From Eledone cirrhosa (taxonomy: Eukaryota), in the NCBI GenBank assembly GCA_964016885.1, contig OZ024740.1, positions 1,736,001-1,800,000 of the forward strand: 64,000 bases of DNA, given 5' to 3'. The first letter of the stretch is position 1. The number at the start of each line of letters is the position of its first letter. Positions 40,473-53,505 of the stretch are shown here, one piece after another. A program made the translations under genes and the position numbers. A model generated the notes under the pieces. That model saw only the letters and a program-made list of their open reading frames with translations. It did no database searches and was not told the origin of the DNA.

Positions 40473-41700
40473 ATGTAATATATAGTTGTAGAATGTGTGT
40501 AGAATGATGTGATATATAGTTGTAGAATGTGTGTAGAATGATGTGATATATAGTTGTAGAATGTGTGTAGAATGATGTGATATATAGTTGTAGAATGTGT
40601 GTAGAATGATGTGATATATAGTTGTAGAATGTGTGTAGAATGATGTGATATATAGTTGTAGAATGTGTGTAGAATGATGTAATATATAGTTGTAGAATGT
40701 GTGTAGAATGATGTGATATATAGTTGTAGAATGTGTGTAGAATGATGTGATATATAGTTGTAGAATGTGTGTAGAATGATGTGATATATAGTTGTAGAAT
40801 GTGTGTAGAATGATGTGATATATAGTTGTAGAATGTGTGTAGAATGATGTGATATATAGTTGTAGAATGTGTGTAGAATGATGTGATATATAGTTGTAGA
40901 ATGTGTGTAGAATGATGTGATATATAGTTGTAGAATGTGTGTAGAATGATGTGATATATAGTTGTAGAATGTGTGTAGAATGATGTGATATATAGTTGTA
41001 GAATGTGTGTAGAATGATGTGATATATAGTTGTAGAATGTGTGTAGAATGATGTGATATATAGTTGTAGAATGTGTGTAGAATGATGTGATATATAGTTG
41101 TAGAATGTGTGTAGAATGATGTGATATATAGTTGTAGAATGTGTGTAGAATGATGTGATATATAGTTGTAGAATGTGTGTAGAATGATGTGATATATAGT
41201 TGTAGAATGTGTGTAGAATGATGTGATATATAGTTGTAGAATGTGTGTAGAATGATGTGATATATAGTTGTAGAATGTGTGTAGAATGATGTGATATATA
41301 GTTGTAGAATGTGTGTAGAATGATGTGATATATAGTTGAAGAATGTGTGTAGAATATGTGTAGATTGATGTCATATATAGTTGTAGAATGTGTGTAGAAT
41401 GATGTAATATATAGTTGTAGAATGAGTGTGTAGAATATGTGTAGATTGATGTCATATATAGTTGTAGATTGTGTGTAGAATGATGTGATATATAGTTGTA
41501 GAATGTGTGTGTAGAATATGTGTAGATTGATGTAATATATAGTTGTAGAATGTGTGTAGAATGATGATATATAGTTGTAGAATATGTGTAGATTGATGTG
41601 ATATAGAGTTGTAGAATGTGTGTGTAGATTGATGTGATATATAGTTGTAGAATGTGTGTGTAGATTGATGTAATATATAGTTGTAGAATGTGTGTAGATT
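40473..41700. repeat. 34-bp minisatellite array with degenerate 3' edge
   Basis: Unit GATATATAGTTGTAGAATGTGTGTAGAATGATGT with internal TGTAGAATG subrepeat. Confidence 0.95.
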
Positions 41701-41944
41701 GTTTGTGTTAGTTTTTTTTTCATATATTTGAGTGTTTCCACTTGTTAAAATATTGTTTTATAGTAAATGTTATACAGGGATGGTGGAACTGTTAAGTAAA
41801 CTGTTGGAGAAAGATAATCCTTCAGCTTACCTACATATTGTTCTCTCTATCTACCTATCTGTATATATATATCTACCTACCTATCTATCTATCTACTTAC
41901 CTGTTTGTTTACCTCTCTACTTCACTATTGATCTATCTTCCTAC

Positions 41945-41994
<50 letters not shown>

Positions 41995-42005
41995 ATATAT
42001 ATATA

Positions 42006-42792
42006 ATTCTATAAAATGTATACAATGCATATCTTGGGTACACAAGAGATGTAGTGAGATAGCAGGCAAACTAACAGGTAGGGAGAAATATGTATGCAGT
42101 AGATGTTCAGGGACATTTGACAGTAGGAGTCGCAGTGATAGACACATTTTTCAAAAGCAGGTGGGTTCTATAGAAGTGGTTGATAGCTTCTGATACCTAG
42201 GTGATCAGATTAGCATGGGAGGGGGTGTTCCGAGGCTATAGTATCTAGAATAAGGACGGGTTGGAAGAAGTTTAGGGAGCTGCTTCCTCTGTTGACAAAG
42301 AAGGGTCTCTCCCTACGAAGGAAAAGCCAGTTATATGATGTCTGTGTGAGATGCGCGATGCTGCATGGTAGTGAGACATGGGCAGCAACTGTGGAGGATA
42401 TGTGACGGCTGGAGAGAAATGAAGCAAGCGTGCTCTGATGGATATGCAATGTTAATGTACGTGAATGACCAAGCATAGAGGAGTTGAGAGAGAAACTGAG
42501 TATAAGAGGGATAAGTTGTGGTGTGCAGGATAGAAGACTGAGATGGTATGGTCATGTGAAGCGCATGGAGGATGACCGCTGGGTAAAGAAGTGCCAAGAA
42601 ATCCCAGTAGAAGGAAGACGCAGTAGTGGTAGACCACGTAAAACATCGGTGGAGGTGGTGAGAGCAGACCTCAGATCGCTGAAGCTCACGGAGATGACAA
42701 AGGACCGTGACAAGTGGAGAGATGCTGTGCTGAATAGGACCCGTCCCACCCTTGCAAGCAGGGAAAAATGGATGTAAAATGATGATGATGAT
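42006..42792 (+). mobile_element. Degenerate 5'-truncated RTE-clade LINE
   Basis: NSIKCIQCISWVHKRCS, IEVVDSF, RRLRWYGHVKRM, GRPRKT with stops; (GAT)n tail; (TA)n flanks. Confidence 0.9.
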
Positions 42793-42799
42793 ATATATA

Positions 42800-42993
42800 T
42801 CAGATTGGAGGCATTAAAAACCAGTTAGACCATTACTCACCAGAGTACTCGATACTTGGAGTAGTAGAGTGGGTAATTTGAAAAAATTCAGGACTCCGGC
42901 AGCTGAGCTCCAGCCGTTTCGACAACTAGATCTGAGCTCAGATCTAGTTGTGGAAACGGCTGGAGCTCAACAGTCAGGGTCCTGAATTTTTTC
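42800..42993. mobile_element. Fold-back element with a partial hammerhead motif (Penelope-like remnant)
   Basis: Imperfect palindrome 42880-42993 centred on CTGAGCTCAG; the arm reads GAAACGGCTG-GAGCT-CAACAG-TC-AGGG. Confidence 0.55.
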
Positions 42994-43223
42994 ATATATA
43001 TATAAATTAGTGGGTGTTAGTATAATACTTATTCTGTCTCTACTTTTCTTTAACCTAAATTCAGAAGGAAAGGAAACATTTTAAGTTATATGTGTGTGCA
43101 TATATATGTGTGCGTGTATGTATGTATGTATGTATGTGTGTGTGTGTGTGTGCATGTGTATATGTGTTTGCGTGTGTATATATATATTTGTGTATGCATG
43201 TGTGCTTGTGTACATGTGTATAT

Positions 43224-46200
43224 AATAATAATAAAATCATTGTGTACAATGTTCAGGTGCACTACAACTCATCAAAGGTGCATGTATAGTACATAGAATA
43301 ATATACAAATGTCAGGGAAGTGAATAGTGTATGAGTCATGATATACATGTGTGCATGTGTATGGAGGGGGAATATTAGGTGTAATGTTGGTGAATCTTAG
43401 GAGGCATGGAGGTTTTAAAGGATGCAGTGTCTCGACAGCTAACAACTGATGCAGGTAGTTTGTTCCATGGGGGTTTTAAAGGATGCAGTGTCTCGACAGC
43501 TAACAACTGATGCAGGTAGTTTGTTCCATGGGGGTTTTAAAGGATGCAGTGTCTCGACAGCTAACAACTGATGCAGGTAGTTTGTTCCATGGGGGTTTTA
43601 AAGGATGCAGTGTCTCGACAGCTAACAACTGATGCAGGTAGTTTGTTCCATGGGGGTTTTAAAGGATGCAGTGTCTCGACAGCTAACAACTGATGCAGGT
43701 AGTTTGTTACATGGGGGTTTTAAAGGATGCAGTGTCTCGACAGCTAACAACTGATGCAGGTAGTTTGTTCCATGGAGGTTTTAAAGGATGCAGTGTCTCG
43801 ACAGCTAACAACTGATGCAGGTAGTTTGTTCCATGGGGGTTTTAAAGGATGCAGTGTCTCGACAGCTAACAACTGATGCAGGTAGTTTGTTACATGGGGG
43901 TTTTAAAGGATGCAGTGTCTCGACAGCTAACAACTGATGCAGGTAGTTTGTTCCATGGAGGTTTTAAAGGATGCAGTGTCTCGACAGCTAACAACTGATG
44001 CAGGTAGTTTGTTACATGGGGGTTTTAAAGGATGCAGTGTCTCGACAGCTAACAACTGATGCAGGTAGTTTGTTCCATGGGGGTTTTAAAGGATGCAGTG
44101 TCTCGACAGCTAACAACTGATGCAGGTAGTTTGTTCCATGGAGGTTTTAAAGGATGCAGTGTCTCGACAGCTAACAACTGATGCAGGTAGTTTGTTCCAT
44201 GGGGGTTTTAAAGGATGCAGTGTCTCGACAGCTAACAACTGATGCAGGTAGTTTGTTCGATGGAGGTTATAAAGGATGCAGTGTCTCGACAGCTAACAAC
44301 TGATGCAGGTAGTTTGTTCCATGGAGGTTTTAAAGGATGCAGTGTCTCGACAGCTAACAACTGATGTAGGTAGTTTGTTCCATGGGGGTTTTAAAGGATG
44401 CAGTGTCTCGACAGCTAACAACTGATGCAGGTAGTTTGTTCCATGGGGGTTTTAAAGGATGCAGTGTCTCGACAGCTAACAACTGATGTAGGTAGTTTGT
44501 TACATGGGGGTTTTAAAGGATGCAGTGTCTCGACAGCTAACAACTGATGCAGGTAGTTTGTTCCATGGGGGTTTTAAAGGATGCAGTGTCTCGACAGCTA
44601 ACAACTGATGCAGGTAGTTTGTTCCATGGGGGTTTTAAAGGATGCAGTGTCTCGACAGCTAACAACTGATGCAGGTAGTTTGTTCCATGGAGGTTTTAAA
44701 GGATGCAGTGTCTCGACAGCTAACAACTGATGCAGGTAGTTTGTTCCATGGAGGTTTTAAAGGATGCAGTGTCTCGACAGCTAACAACTGATGCAGGTAG
44801 TTTGTTCCATGGAGGTTTTAAAGGATGCAGTGTCTTGACAGCTAACAACTGATGCAGGTAGTTTGTTCCATGGAGGTTTTAAAGGATGCAGTGTCTCGAC
44901 AGCTAACAACTGATGCAGGTAGTTTGTTCCATGGGGGTTTTAAAGGATGCAGTGTCTCGACAGCTAACAACTGATGCAGGTAGTTTGTTCCATGGAGGTT
45001 TTAAAGGATGCAGTGTCTCGACAGCTAACAACGGATGCAGGTAGTTTGTTACATGGGGGTTTTAAAGGATGTAGTGTCTCGACAGCTAACAACTGATGCA
45101 GGTAGTTTGTTCCATGGAGGTTTTAAAGGATGCAGTGTCTCGACAGCTAACAACTGATGCAGGTAGTTTGTTCGATGGAGGTTTTAAAGGATGCAGTGTC
45201 TCGACAGCTAACAACTGGTGCAGGTAGTTTGTTCCATGGAGGTTTTAAAGGATGCAGTGTCTCGACAGCTAACAACTGATGCAGGTAGTTTGTTCGATGG
45301 AGGTTTTAAAGGATGCAGTGTCTCGACAGCTAACAACTAATGCAGGTAGTTTGTTACATGGGGGTTTTAAAGGATGCAGTGTCTCGACAGCTAACAACTG
45401 ATGCAGGTAGTTTGTTCGATGGAGGTTTTAAAGGATGCAGTGTCTCGACAGCTAACAACTGGTGCAGGTAGTTTGTTCCATGGAGGTTTTAAAGGATGCA
45501 GTGTCTCGACAGCTAACAACTGATGCAGGTAGTTTGTTCCATGGGGGTTTTAAAGGATGCAGTGTCTCGACAGCTAACAACTGATGCAGGTAGTTTGTTA
45601 CATGGGGGTTTTAAAGGATGCAGTGTCTCGACAGCTAACAACTGATGCAGGTAGTTTGTTCCATGGAGGTTTTAAAGGATGCAGTGTCTCGACAGCTAAC
45701 AACTGATGCAGGTAGTTTGTTCCATGGGGGTTTTAAAGGATGCAGTGTCTCGACAGCTAACAACTGATGCAGGTAGTTTGTTACATGGGGGTTTTAAAGG
45801 ATGCAGTGTCTCGACAGCTAACAACTGATGCAGGTAGTTTGTTCCATGGAGGTTTTAAAGGATGCAGTGTCTCGACAGCTAACAACTGATGCAGGTAGTT
45901 TGTTACATGGGGGTTTTAAAGGATGCAGTGTCTCGACAGCTAACAACTGATGCAGGTAGTTTGTTCCATGGGGGTTTTAAAGGATGCAGTGTCTCGACAG
46001 CTAACAACTGATGCAGGTAGTTTGTTCCATGGAGGTTTTAAAGGATGCAGTGTCTCGACAGCTAACAACTGATGCAGGTAGTTTGTTCGATGGAGGTTAT
46101 AAAGGATGCAGTGTCTCGACAGCTAACAACTGATGCAGGTAGTTTGTTCCATGGAGGTTTTAAAGGATGCAGTGTCTCGACAGCTAACAACTGATGTAGG

Positions 46201-47503
46201 TAGTTTGTTCCATGGGGGTTTTAAAGGATGCAGTGTCTCGACAGCTAACAACTGATGCAGGTAGTTTGTTCCATGGGGGTTTTAAAGGATGCAGTGTCTC
46301 GACAGCTAACAACTGATGTAGGTAGTTTGTTACATGGGGGTTTTAAAGGATGCAGTGTCTCGACAGCTAACAACTGATGCAGGTAGTTTGTTCCATGGGG
46401 GTTTTAAAGGATGCAGTGTCTCGACAGCTAACAACTGATGCAGGTAGTTTGTTCCATGGGGGTTTTAAAGGATGCAGTGTCTCGACAGCTAACAACTGAT
46501 GCAGGTAGTTTGTTCCATGGAGGTTTTAAAGGATGCAGTGTCTCGACAGCTAACAACTGATGCAGGTAGTTTGTTCCATGGAGGTTTTAAAGGATGCAGT
46601 GTCTCGACAGCTAACAACTGATGCAGGTAGTTTGTTCCATGGAGGTTTTAAAGGATGCAGTGTCTTGACAGCTAACAACTGATGCAGGTAGTTTGTTCCA
46701 TGGAGGTTTTAAAGGATGCAGTGTCTCGACAGCTAACAACTGATGCAGGTAGTTTGTTCCATGGGGGTTTTAAAGGATGCAGTGTCTCGACAGCTAACAA
46801 CTGATGCAGGTAGTTTGTTCCATGGAGGTTTTAAAGGATGCAGTGTCTCGACAGCTAACAACTGATGCAGGTAGTTTGTTACATGGGGGTTTTAAAGGAT
46901 GTAGTGTCTCGACAGCTAACAACTGATGCAGGTAGTTTGTTCCATGGAGGTTTTAAAGGATGCAGTGTCTCGACAGCTAACAACTGATGCAGGTAGTTTG
47001 TTCGATGGAGGTTTTAAAGGATGCAGTGTCTCGACAGCTAACAACTGGTGCAGGTAGTTTGTTCCATGGAGGTTTTAAAGGATGCAGTGTCTCGACAGCT
47101 AACAACTGATGCAGGTAGTTTGTTCGATGGAGGTTTTAAAGGATGCAGTGTCTCGACAGCTAACAACTAATGCAGGTAGTTTGTTTGATGGAGGTTTTAA
47201 AGGGTGCAGTGTCTCGACAGCTAACAACTGATACAGGCAGTTTGCTCCATGGAGGTTTTAAAGGATGCAGTGTCTCGACAGCTAACTGATGCAAGTAGTT
47301 TGTTCCATTGAGGTTTTAAAGGATGCAGTGTCTAGAAAGTTAACATGTTCCATGCTTCAGCAACTCTGAGCATGAAAAAATGTTTCCGAAAGTCATGAGA
47401 GCCGTGCTGTTTTTTTACTTTGTTGGCATGTCCACGTGTGATAGACACATGTGGACATGCCCACGTGTGTTAGACACATGGAAATCAAAAAGGTACTCAG
47501 GGT
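43224..47503 (-). mobile_element. CR1-like LINE 3' fragment containing a 61-bp array
   Basis: 43224-43405 and 47345-47503 are reverse complements of ~50605-50790 and ~50420-50550. Confidence 0.92.
43406..47343. repeat. 61-bp tandem array (~64 copies) derived from the CR1 ORF2 C-terminus
   Basis: Unit CATGGRGGTTTTAAAGGATGCAGTGTCTCGACAGCTAACAACTGATGCAGGTAGTTTGTTC is the reverse complement of ~50547-50607 (NKLPASVVS...). Confidence 0.97.
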
Positions 47504-47772
47504 TGTATATATATGTGAGGACTGGGGCCTCTATCATTAAAAACACCTGAGAAACCTGTGAGATACAACCTTGTAAAAGGTGAGCCAAAGCTTCATAGGT
47601 ATGAGGTCTAAATTTCATTTTTCATTTCATTTCAATGTGAGTTTGATTCTCACTAAGGGCAACTTTGGCTTTCATATTTCCAGGATAGGGTTGATAAAAT
47701 CAATTTATCACCACCACCACCCATCTATCTAATAAAGTATTAGTCAAGCACTAGGGTTGATAAAATCGATCT

Positions 47773-47950
47773 ATCACCATCACCACTACCACCACCACCA
47801 TCACCACCACTACCACCACCAACATCACCACTACCACCACCACCACCACCACTACCACCACCATCACCACCACTACCACCACCATCACCACCACTACCAC
47901 CAGCACCACCACCATCGCCACTACCACCACCACCAGCATCACCACCACTG
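47773..47950. repeat. (ACC)n-type microsatellite
   Basis: Direct reading. Confidence 0.9.
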
Positions 47951-48384
47951 GTGGTAAGATATTCCCTTGCTAACATAGGTTTCTCAGGTTAGGCTGAGTG
48001 CTGGAAAGAAATGTATTGATTTCATATTGATATTACATAATGATTTATATCCAGTCTGCCACAACTACAGTCACTATTACTGTTACTACTACCAACAATA
48101 ACAACCGCTACTACCACCACCACCACCAACAACAACAAACACAAACCACAAAAATACAACAAACAAGGGACTCTACATGGTCACTTAACCTGCTGGTAGT
48201 AGGTAACTAAATCTCCCTCATACCCCACCGTCTTAAAAAGAAGAGGATATATCAGAAAATGTAGTCTTAGATATATCTGTAAAACATGATGGTCACAGTT
48301 GGAATGTCTTTGATCATAGACCTACTGAATCAGAACTAACCCTGGGCTACACAACCACCATTTCTCTTTCTCCTATAAGAACTG

Positions 48385-48606
48385 TTGGGACACTGCACCC
48401 TTCAAAACTCCATGCTTCCTAAAATTTGCCAACACTACACCTGATATCCCCCCTCCATACACACGCATGTATCTGTGTGTATATCACGACTCATACACTG
48501 TTCACTTCCCTGACATTTTTACATTATTCTATGTACCATAAATGCACCTTTGATGAGTTGTAGTGCACCTGAGCACTGTACACAATAATTTTCATCATTA
48601 TTATTT
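48385..48606 (+). mobile_element. CR1-like LINE 3' UTR fragment
   Basis: Colinear with ~50575-50790; ends GATGAGTTGTAGTGCACCTGAGCACTGTACACAATA...(ATT)n. Confidence 0.88.
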
Positions 48607-48649
48607 ATAATACAGTGGTAGATTGGCAGTATCAACATTATTTATAACA

Positions 48650-48846
48650 AGGTGGTGGATTTGCAGTATCGATAGAGGGTCGGACGCCATGCTATACAGC
48701 AAAGGGTTACGGCCCTTTATGGTCTGAGTTCAAATCCTGCCAAGGTTAACTTTGCCTTTCATCCTTACGGGGGTCGATAAAATAAAGTACCAGTAATGTA
48801 CTGGGTAATTGCTGGCCTTGTACCAAAAGTAGAAACAATTATTATT
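48650..48846 (+). mobile_element. Full-length Meta-domain-like tRNA SINE
   Basis: GAGTTCAAATCC B box; GCCTTTCATCCTTACGGGGGTCGATAAAATAAAGTACCAG core. Confidence 0.85.
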
Positions 48847-49204
48847 TATAACACGTACAACACAGTTTTCCTTTTTTCTCTGTAAGTCAACCAATTAGTA
48901 AGACACCCCTCCCAATACATTAGATAAATTCCCCCACATCCCATCTCTGTCCCCATCCCTGCCCACTGGCCTTCCTAATTTCATTTCATTTAAAATCACT
49001 TTATCATATTTATGGTAGGAAATATCATTTTCATAATAGTCAAATTAGAGCAACGTTTTATGATGAATCTCTTACTTTTTTCACATTATTTTTTCCCATA
49101 AATGTATGTATATATGTGTAGACGTGCCTACACATGCAGCTACAGGAAAGGTATACACACACACACACATATAGATACGTGTGTGTGTGTATGTCTGTTT
49201 TTGT

Positions 49205-50790
49205 ACTCTTCTAGTGCTTCTATGTACTTCCTTTGGCACCAGCTTTCTTTCTTCTTTCAATACTGTCTCAACAATGGTGCTACTCCGGAGCAGTGGAAAA
49301 CTGCCAGTGTCATTCCCCTCTTCAAAAAGGGCGACCGCACGTCACCTGTCAACTATCGTCCAGTCTGTCTTACTAGCTGTATGGCCAAACTGATGGAATC
49401 CTGTGTCAGAGAAACACTTTGGAACTTCTGGAACTCTCACAGCCTCATCTGGCCCTCACAGTTTGGATTTATCCCTAACTCCAGCTGCTGTGATCAGCTT
49501 ATCGAGTTCCTTGAAGACATTACCCGGATCACTGACAGCGGCTCATGAGTGGATGTTGTTTACCTTGACTTCGCTAAGGCTTTTAATTCTGTGCCACACA
49601 AAAGACTTATGGCGAAACTCTCTGCAATGGGTGTGAGGGATGATCTTTTTAACTCGTTGAAATCCTTCATTCTCAGCCGAAAAGAGGTAGTCACGGTTCT
49701 AGGACAGCATTCTTCACTATATGAGATGTCATCTGGTGTACCACAGGGATCTGTTCTTGGTCCCCTTTTGTTTGTTGCATACATTGACATAGATGCCAAC
49801 TTAAAGAATGCCACGGTACTGAAATATGCAGATGACATCAAGCTGTACCTTGAAATCAAAAGGACTGATCCTGAAATCTATAACTCTTTCCTACAATCAG
49901 ACCTGGACACAATGCAGCAATGGATCACACACTGGCAACTGAAGCTGGCTGTGGAGAAGTGTACCACCATGCATTTTGGAAGGAAAAATCCAGCGTCCAC
50001 ATACTCCCTCCACAACATTGACATCAAGAAGTCCTCTTGTGAACGTGACCTGGGCATTACTGTCAGCAGCGATTTGCGTTGGACAAAGCATGTCTCTAAG
50101 ATTGTCAAGAAGGCCGAGGGTGTCTTGGCATCACACAGCAAGACCTTTGTTAGCCACTCTCCAGCCACATATTTAAAGCTGTATACAGCTATGGTACGAC
50201 CACACTTGGAATTCGCATCATCAGTCTGGAACCCCTATCTTGCTCAGAACATTGACCTCATGGAAACTGTTCAGAGACATGAAACCAAGCGCATACCCTC
50301 CATCAGACACCTACCATACTCTGAACGCCTTGCTTCCCTGGGCATCGATTCATTGAAGCTCCGACGTTTGGCAATGGACTTGGTAAACACCCACAAAGTT
50401 ATTAACCATCTCGCCAATTGCAACCCTGACCACCTTTTTGATCTCCATATGTCTAACACACATGGACATGCCTACAAAGTCAGAAAACAGCACAACTCCC
50501 ATGACTTTCGGAAATATTTTTTCACGCTCAGAGTTGCTGAAGCATGGAACAAACTGCCTGCATCAGTTGTTAGCTGCTGAGGCACTGCATCCTTTAAAAC
50601 CCTCATGCTTCCCAAAATTCGCCAAAACTACACCTGATGTATCCCTTCCATACACATGCACACGTGTATATCATGACTCATGCACTGTTCATTTTCCTGA
50701 CGTTTGAACATTACCCTATGTACTATACATACACTTTTGATGAGTTGTAGTGCACCTGAGCACTGTACACAATATTTTCATTATTATTAT
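49205..50790 (+). mobile_element. 5'-truncated CR1-clade LINE, reverse-transcriptase pseudogene
   Basis: PEQWK, NYRPVCLTS, QFGF, YLDFAKAF, SGVPQGSVLGPLLF, YADD, ERDLGI, VRPHLEF; in-frame TGA at 49546-49548 and 50578-50580; (ATT)n tail. Confidence 0.95.
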
Positions 50791-50960
50791 CATATATATA
50801 TATATATATACATATATACATACATCATCAGTAACCATCACAACACACATGTATATATACATATGTGTGTGTACATGTATATGCACTTCTTTGTGCTTCC
50901 ATGTATATATGAATGTTTACATGTTGTGTGCTCTTGTATACTAATATATATATATATATA

Positions 50961-51005
<45 letters not shown>

Positions 51006-51123
51006 ATAAAAATCATCATTAACCTACCACTGTTACCATTACACCATCCTACCACACGTGTGTGTATGCTATAGTCCACACACATTAAACAGTGGATTGT
51101 CAGAACATCAGACAAGACATAGC

Positions 51124-51341
51124 CAGAGCTGGATTTAATGTAGAGCAAAGGGAGCAATTGCCCCAGTGATAGGCCCTACCAGTGATAGGCCCTACCAGTG
51201 ATAGGCCCTACCAGTGATAGGCCCTACCAGTGACAGACATAGCAATTTATTTGTGCCCTGGGCTTTTTAGTTTTAATACCTGTTTGTATAACTTTTCAAT
51301 TCCAATTACTTGCACCAAGTTAATTTTAATATGTAAAATTG
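51124..51341 (+). mobile_element. hAT-like transposon end with an internal 17-bp x4 repeat
   Basis: Homolog of 35232-35433; CCAGTGATAGGCCCTA repeated at ~51163-51233. Confidence 0.6.
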
Positions 51342-51469
51342 AAGGGTTTGCGGTGTGGGGGAGGGGGCAAACCTGAATGGCATTTTATCTGATGCTCTAC
51401 CAATTCTGCCAATCTATCACCCTTGATATATATATAATGTGTGTAATAGTAAAGACAGCCTCTCTAAAG

Positions 51470-51734
51470 TCTGTCTCGAGGATGGAGGCTCATCGGTGTT
51501 TATCCTGGTTTCTGTGGTGTGAAGCAACTGAGAGTGTCAGACCATCTCCTGGACAGGACACCAGCCCATTGCAAGGTTAAATCCCCAGCTATTGCTGGTA
51601 CTCATTTTCAGTCAAGTATACTGGAGCAATGTGAAATGAAGTATTTTGCTCAACAACACAACACACAACCCAGCCCAGGAATCAAACCTCTTACATTTTG
51701 ATCCAATACTGTTAGCACTAGGCCACACACCTCC
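51470..51734 (-). mobile_element. CORE-like SINE (tail A), full length
   Basis: Reverse complement begins GAGGTGTGTGGCCTAGTG and matches 33135-33385. Confidence 0.87.
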
Positions 51735-51909
51735 CCAGTCAACACATAACAGAACCATTGATGAGGAATGGTGTATTATTAATGGCATATACCATTGATG
51801 AGGGATAAATGGTAAATATATTGGCATCAAAAGAGAATATCACACAACTGTAATATCTCACTTTCTTTCTCTCCATCTCTCTCATTATTACCAATAGCTC
51901 CCAATATTC

Positions 51910-52146
51910 TACTCCATTACTACTACTACCACTACTACCACTACTACTACTACCACTACCACTACTACTACTACCCCTACTACTACTACCACTACTACTA
52001 CCACTACCACTACAACCACTACTACTACTACCACCACTACTACTACTATCACTACTACTACTACTACCACTACTACTACTACCACTACTACTAGCACTAC
52101 TACTACTACTACCACCACCACCACCACCACCACCACCACTACTACT
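51910..52146. repeat. (ACT/ACC)n microsatellite
   Basis: Direct reading. Confidence 0.93.
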
Positions 52147-52290
52147 TCACAATACTTTATCTAACCATCTCTGCTATCCTAGTTGTCTGCCTGTCCATTA
52201 GTCTAACTTGGTTCCCATCTTCTCTTTCCTCCTCTCAGCTGCTCTGTACATTTCTAATTAACTACTCTTACCGACATTGGATGAGACACA

Positions 52291-52321
<31 letters not shown>

Positions 52322-52348
52322 GCACGCATGCATGCATACATACATACG

Positions 52349-52800
52349 ATACTCCACCCTGATTACACCTTCAGATTTATGCCTGTGATTATTGGGGCAC
52401 TGGGGTATGTTAGTAACTGCCTCAATACAAATCTTGAGAAGCTGGGCTTCACAGAAACAGAAAGAACACAACTAGTTAGGAAACTACAAATACAATCCAT
52501 TAATGGAACAGTAAAAATATGTAAAACATTCCAAAAATTCTACATCTAATAACTGCATATACACATGTACAATAACTGCATATACACATGTACAAATACA
52601 AAGCATATACACATGTACAGATACAACTCAAAACATCCACATCCACACATACAATAACATCCATATCGACACATGCAGACATACATACATATCTACCTAG
52701 TTGATGTTGTGTAAATTCTCATGAGAGAGTCTTGTGTCTATGTTAGAACCCGAGTCACTCTCTATTGGGAAACATTTGTGAAATTATAAAACCAGAAGAA
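52349..52800 (+). mobile_element. 3' fragment of an RLE-type non-LTR retrotransposon (R4/Dong-like)
   Basis: C-terminal FRFMPVIIGALGYV...LEKLGF...IQSINGTVKICKTF resembles the end of a restriction-like endonuclease ORF; both ends lie in (CATA)n. Confidence 0.72.
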
Positions 52801-52811
52801 CATACATACAT

Positions 52812-52850
<39 letters not shown>

Positions 52851-52994
52851 CATGGACACACAAAACACAAATACTGATTTGCTGTGGTTGTTTTGTGTAA
52901 TTTCAATTTCATTTGTTTTTTATTTTATTTCTCTTTGATATGTTTTCAAGAATGTCTTGGTGCCACACTCTCTTACTCTTATACAGTGTCCTTT

Positions 52995-53212
52995 CTTTAG
53001 CATTTAAACTGACCATACCCGGCCAGAATTCTCTCACTTCTTTCTGTTCAAACTGGTCATAACCAGCCACTCATACTGATGTTAAGGTATTGTTCTTAAA
53101 ATAAATAACATCAAAATCTCATAGATTTGATATTATGTGAGATATCATGTAAGGTAAAGCCTTTACCACAAAAATACAATAGTATATATAGAGTAACGTA
53201 AATGTTAAAGGG
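52995..53212. mobile_element. piggyBac-like TTAA MITE, empty-site copy
   Basis: Inverted homolog of 34070-35187 without the mariner; ends TAAATGTTAAAGGG|TTAA. Confidence 0.82.
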
Positions 53213-53468
53213 TTAAGGGAAAACTCATCCTACAACAGGCTCTAGGCATTTGTTGAACAATGTCTTGGTATCCCCCACTACACTGACTTCATCTTATATA
53301 GTGTCATTAAGGGAAGAACTCAACCTACAGCATGCTCTAGTGTTTCCTTGATGGTTAACTGTTGGTACAATGGAGGTAAACTTGATGAAACTTTCTCTTG
53401 TTGAGTCAAAAACCATTGCATGTTGACAGTCTTCGATTTCCCCTAACGAAATCTGATCATTACTATAT

Positions 53469-53505
<37 letters not shown>

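Noticed and set aside
53331-53375. Possible 45-nt exon (CSSVSLMVNCWYNG)
   Set aside because: Its acceptor is part of a local ~85-bp duplication also seen at ~52950-53250, it has no polypyrimidine tract, and its phase does not fit the next exon.
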